From assembly GCF_963506605.1 (NCBI RefSeq), contig NC_083280.1:24118001-24182000 (forward strand): a stretch of DNA of 64,000 nt. Reading direction: 5' to 3'. Below are positions 61,452-64,000 of the stretch, piece by piece. The stretch comes from Zootoca vivipara (lineage: Eukaryota). The notes under the pieces are model-generated. The model ran no database searches and was not told the DNA's origin. It was given only the letters and a program-made list of their open reading frames with translations. The translations under genes and the position numbers were made by a program. Position 1 is the first letter of the stretch, and each line of letters starts with the position of its first letter.

Positions 61452-62373
61452 TTGTTGTTGTTGTTTAGTCATGTCCGACTCTTCGTGACCCCATGGACCA
61501 TAGCATGCCAGGCGCTCCTGTCTTCCAATGCCTCCCGCAGTTTGGTCAGACTCATGTTGGTTGCTTCAAGAACACTGTCCAACCATCTCATCCTCTGTCG
61601 TCCCCTTCTCTTAGTGTCCTCAATCTTTCCCAACATCAGGGTCTTTTCCAGGGAGTCTTCTCTTTTCATGAGGTGGCCAAAGTATTGGAGCCTCAGCTTC
61701 AGGATCTGTCCTTCCAGTGAGCACTCAGGGCTGATTTCCTTCAGAATGGATAGGTTTGATCTTCTTGCAGTCCATGGGACTCTCAAGAGTCTCCTCCAGC
61801 ACCATAATTCAAAAGCATCAATTCTTCGGCGATCAGCCTTCTTTATGGTCCAGCTCTCACTTCCATACATCACTACTGGGAAAACCATAGCTTTAACTAT
61901 ACGGACCTTTGTCGGCAAGGTGATGTCTCTGCTTTTTAAGATGCTGTCTAGGTTTGTCATTGCTTTTCTCCCAAGAAGGAGGCGTCTTTTAATTTTGTGA
62001 CTGCTGTCACCATCTGCCGTGATCATGGAGCCCAAGAAAGTAAAATCTCTCACTGCCTCCATTTCTTCCCCTTCTATTTGCCAAGAGGTGATGGGACCAG
62101 TGGCCATGATCTTAGTTTTTTTTGATGTTGAGCTTCAGACCATATTTTGCGCTCTCCTCTTTCACCCTCATTAAAAGGTTCTTTAATTCCTGCTCACTTT
62201 CTGCCATCAAGGTTGTTTCATCAGCATATCTGAGGTTGTTAATATTTCTTCCGGCAATCTTAATTCTGGTTTGGGATTAATCCAGTCCAGCCTTTCGCAT
62301 GATGAATTCTGCATATAAGTTAAATAAGCAGGGAGACAATATACAGCCTTGTCGTACCCCTTTCCCAATTTTG
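61452..62373 (-). mobile_element. Bov-B (RTE) LINE, 5'-truncated ~0.9 kb, degenerate RT C-terminus
   Basis: ORF 61469-62107 FTFLGSMITADGD...AMVFPVVMYGSESWTIKKA...LQYFGHLM; (CAA)n tail; upstream frameshift and stop. Confidence 0.92.
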
Positions 62374-62988
62374 AGGAAATCAGCCCTGAGTGCTCACTGG
62401 AAGCACAGATCCTGAAGCTGAGGCTCCCATCACAATGCATAATGGTTTTATGTGTTTCAAAATTGAAGTGATTTTTATCTATTTTAAAATTGCATTTTTT
62501 ATTGTAGTGATTCTTATCTATTTTATAATTGTACTTTCCACTTGTTGCAACCCGCCGTTGGTGAAAAGCAGGTAATGAATCTTACAAACATATAAGCCCT
62601 CATTGGCCATGCTGGCTACAACTAATGGGAGCTGGAGTCAAAAAGATCTGATGGGCATAAGATTGGGGAAGGCTGGCTGACACTAACAACAGAGAATAAG
62701 ACGGGGGGGGGATCCTAAGGAAAAAGGCAAGTCCCTCTCCTGAAGAGCTTGCACTCTATATTGAAGGGCATAGCAATGAGAAATTAGAAAAAGGAAAGGC
62801 AAGAGCAGCATACGTAACTTATTACTATGACACTTCAGAAGGAAGCTTTTGATTTTTCTTCTGTATTCTTACAATACCTAACATACAAAAGGTTGCCGTA
62901 CTTAATGAATCTTCCAATGTTTACAACATGCACGACTGCAGCCATGTTTACACTGAAGGAAGCTGGAGCAGACACCTGAAGTACTCAC

Positions 62989-63107
62989 TTGTGTAGGGCT
63001 GCCATGTTACCAGGACATTGCTCTTTGGAGAGAAGTCAAGGCAAACTGTCTTTGGCTGATCAAAAGAACGCAGCACCTCGTGGCTGGTGACATTCACGAT
63101 GTTTACT
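62989..63107 (-). CDS. EIF2A: EIF2A exon (5'-most found in window; upstream exons lie beyond 64000)
   Basis: VNIVNVTSHEVLRSFDQPKTVCLDFSPKSNVLVTWQPYT; the 11 exons total 1579 nt in one open frame. Confidence 0.93.
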
Positions 63108-64000
63108 CTGGAACCAAAAGAGGTAACTTCAACAAAGCTTGATCAGGGTGGTTAATTAATAACAAGCTTTATCTGTTCAGTGCCAAATTTGGCCTCTTTG
63201 GAACCACCTAATAGAATACATAACTATTTTTCCATTTACTATAATGTTCAGTATTTCACTAATATAATTCCCCCCCCCAATCAAGGTTGTTGCATTCCTT
63301 TGGGGGTAACCTAGCAATAGTATGACAGCAATAGGCCGATCCAAGGCCAAAGGTAGATAGGGCGACCCTTCTCTCTCTGCCACCTCTTTCCCACCATTTT
63401 GTTCCCTCCCAGACAGTCACATATAAGGCTGAGGGCTGCAGGTGGCCCACTGCTTAAGTATCCTCAGTTTGTAACAACCAAACTCCAAACCTTCAATGAC
63501 TCGTGTGCACACGTTTCACTACCATGCCCACGAGACTGAAGTCATGCAAGAGTCACATTGCAAATGACTGTGATAAGAGAACCTTTCTATTTTTGGCCTA
63601 GTCACACACTACTTCCATACACTTCATCCCAAATGGCATAAAGTAAGATTGGGGAGCTGGCCTCAGGTTAAACAGTAGTAACAGTCCCATCTGCTATATG
63701 CTAAGTGGTATCTAAACTGCTGAGAATGGCACACATGTGCAATATAATACTCCAAGAATAACAAAACAGACTAACATCTTTGGAAATGTACAAATTGAAA
63801 ATGGAAAGGGGAGGATATTCAGTTTCAGAAACTACAATCCTACACATGCTTAGGTCAATGCATTTCAGTAAGCTAAGCCTGCCCAACTGCGTCCATGATT
63901 CAAGCATTTTAGGCTGTCAATCCTACCAATCTAATCCTACCATCTGGAAAGCAATGCGTAAATTGGATAGAATTGCATGTGTTGGTAAAGCTTTAATCCT

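Overview
Vertebrate genomic DNA, most likely a squamate (lacertid-type lizard, inferred from Sauria SINEs, Bov-B, CR1, L2 and Penelope repeats). It matches the human 3q25.1 block as I recall it. It holds ERICH6 on + (12 phase-consistent coding exons, 6331-23419, including a U12-type intron), SELENOT on - (complete 195-aa CDS, in-frame Sec UGA, SECIS in a separate non-coding last exon, CpG-island promoter) and the 3' 11 coding exons of EIF2A on -. Between ERICH6 and SELENOT is an intact, intronless 348-aa class A GPCR resembling GPR119, at a position where I recall no such gene in human. It is plausibly a retained GPR119 paralog/ohnolog with an altered ligand pocket and is the best candidate for an uncharacterised system. 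Other highlights are two young Penelope-type inverted-repeat insertions carrying minimal hammerhead ribozyme motifs (one in SELENOT intron 1), a non-autonomous Helitron with a GC-rich tandem array, nested hAT/Tigger/L2/SINE insertions, and a SINE flanked by a 66-bp target duplication. There are two assembly gaps. Gene identities come from manual translation compared with remembered human proteins; no database search was run.
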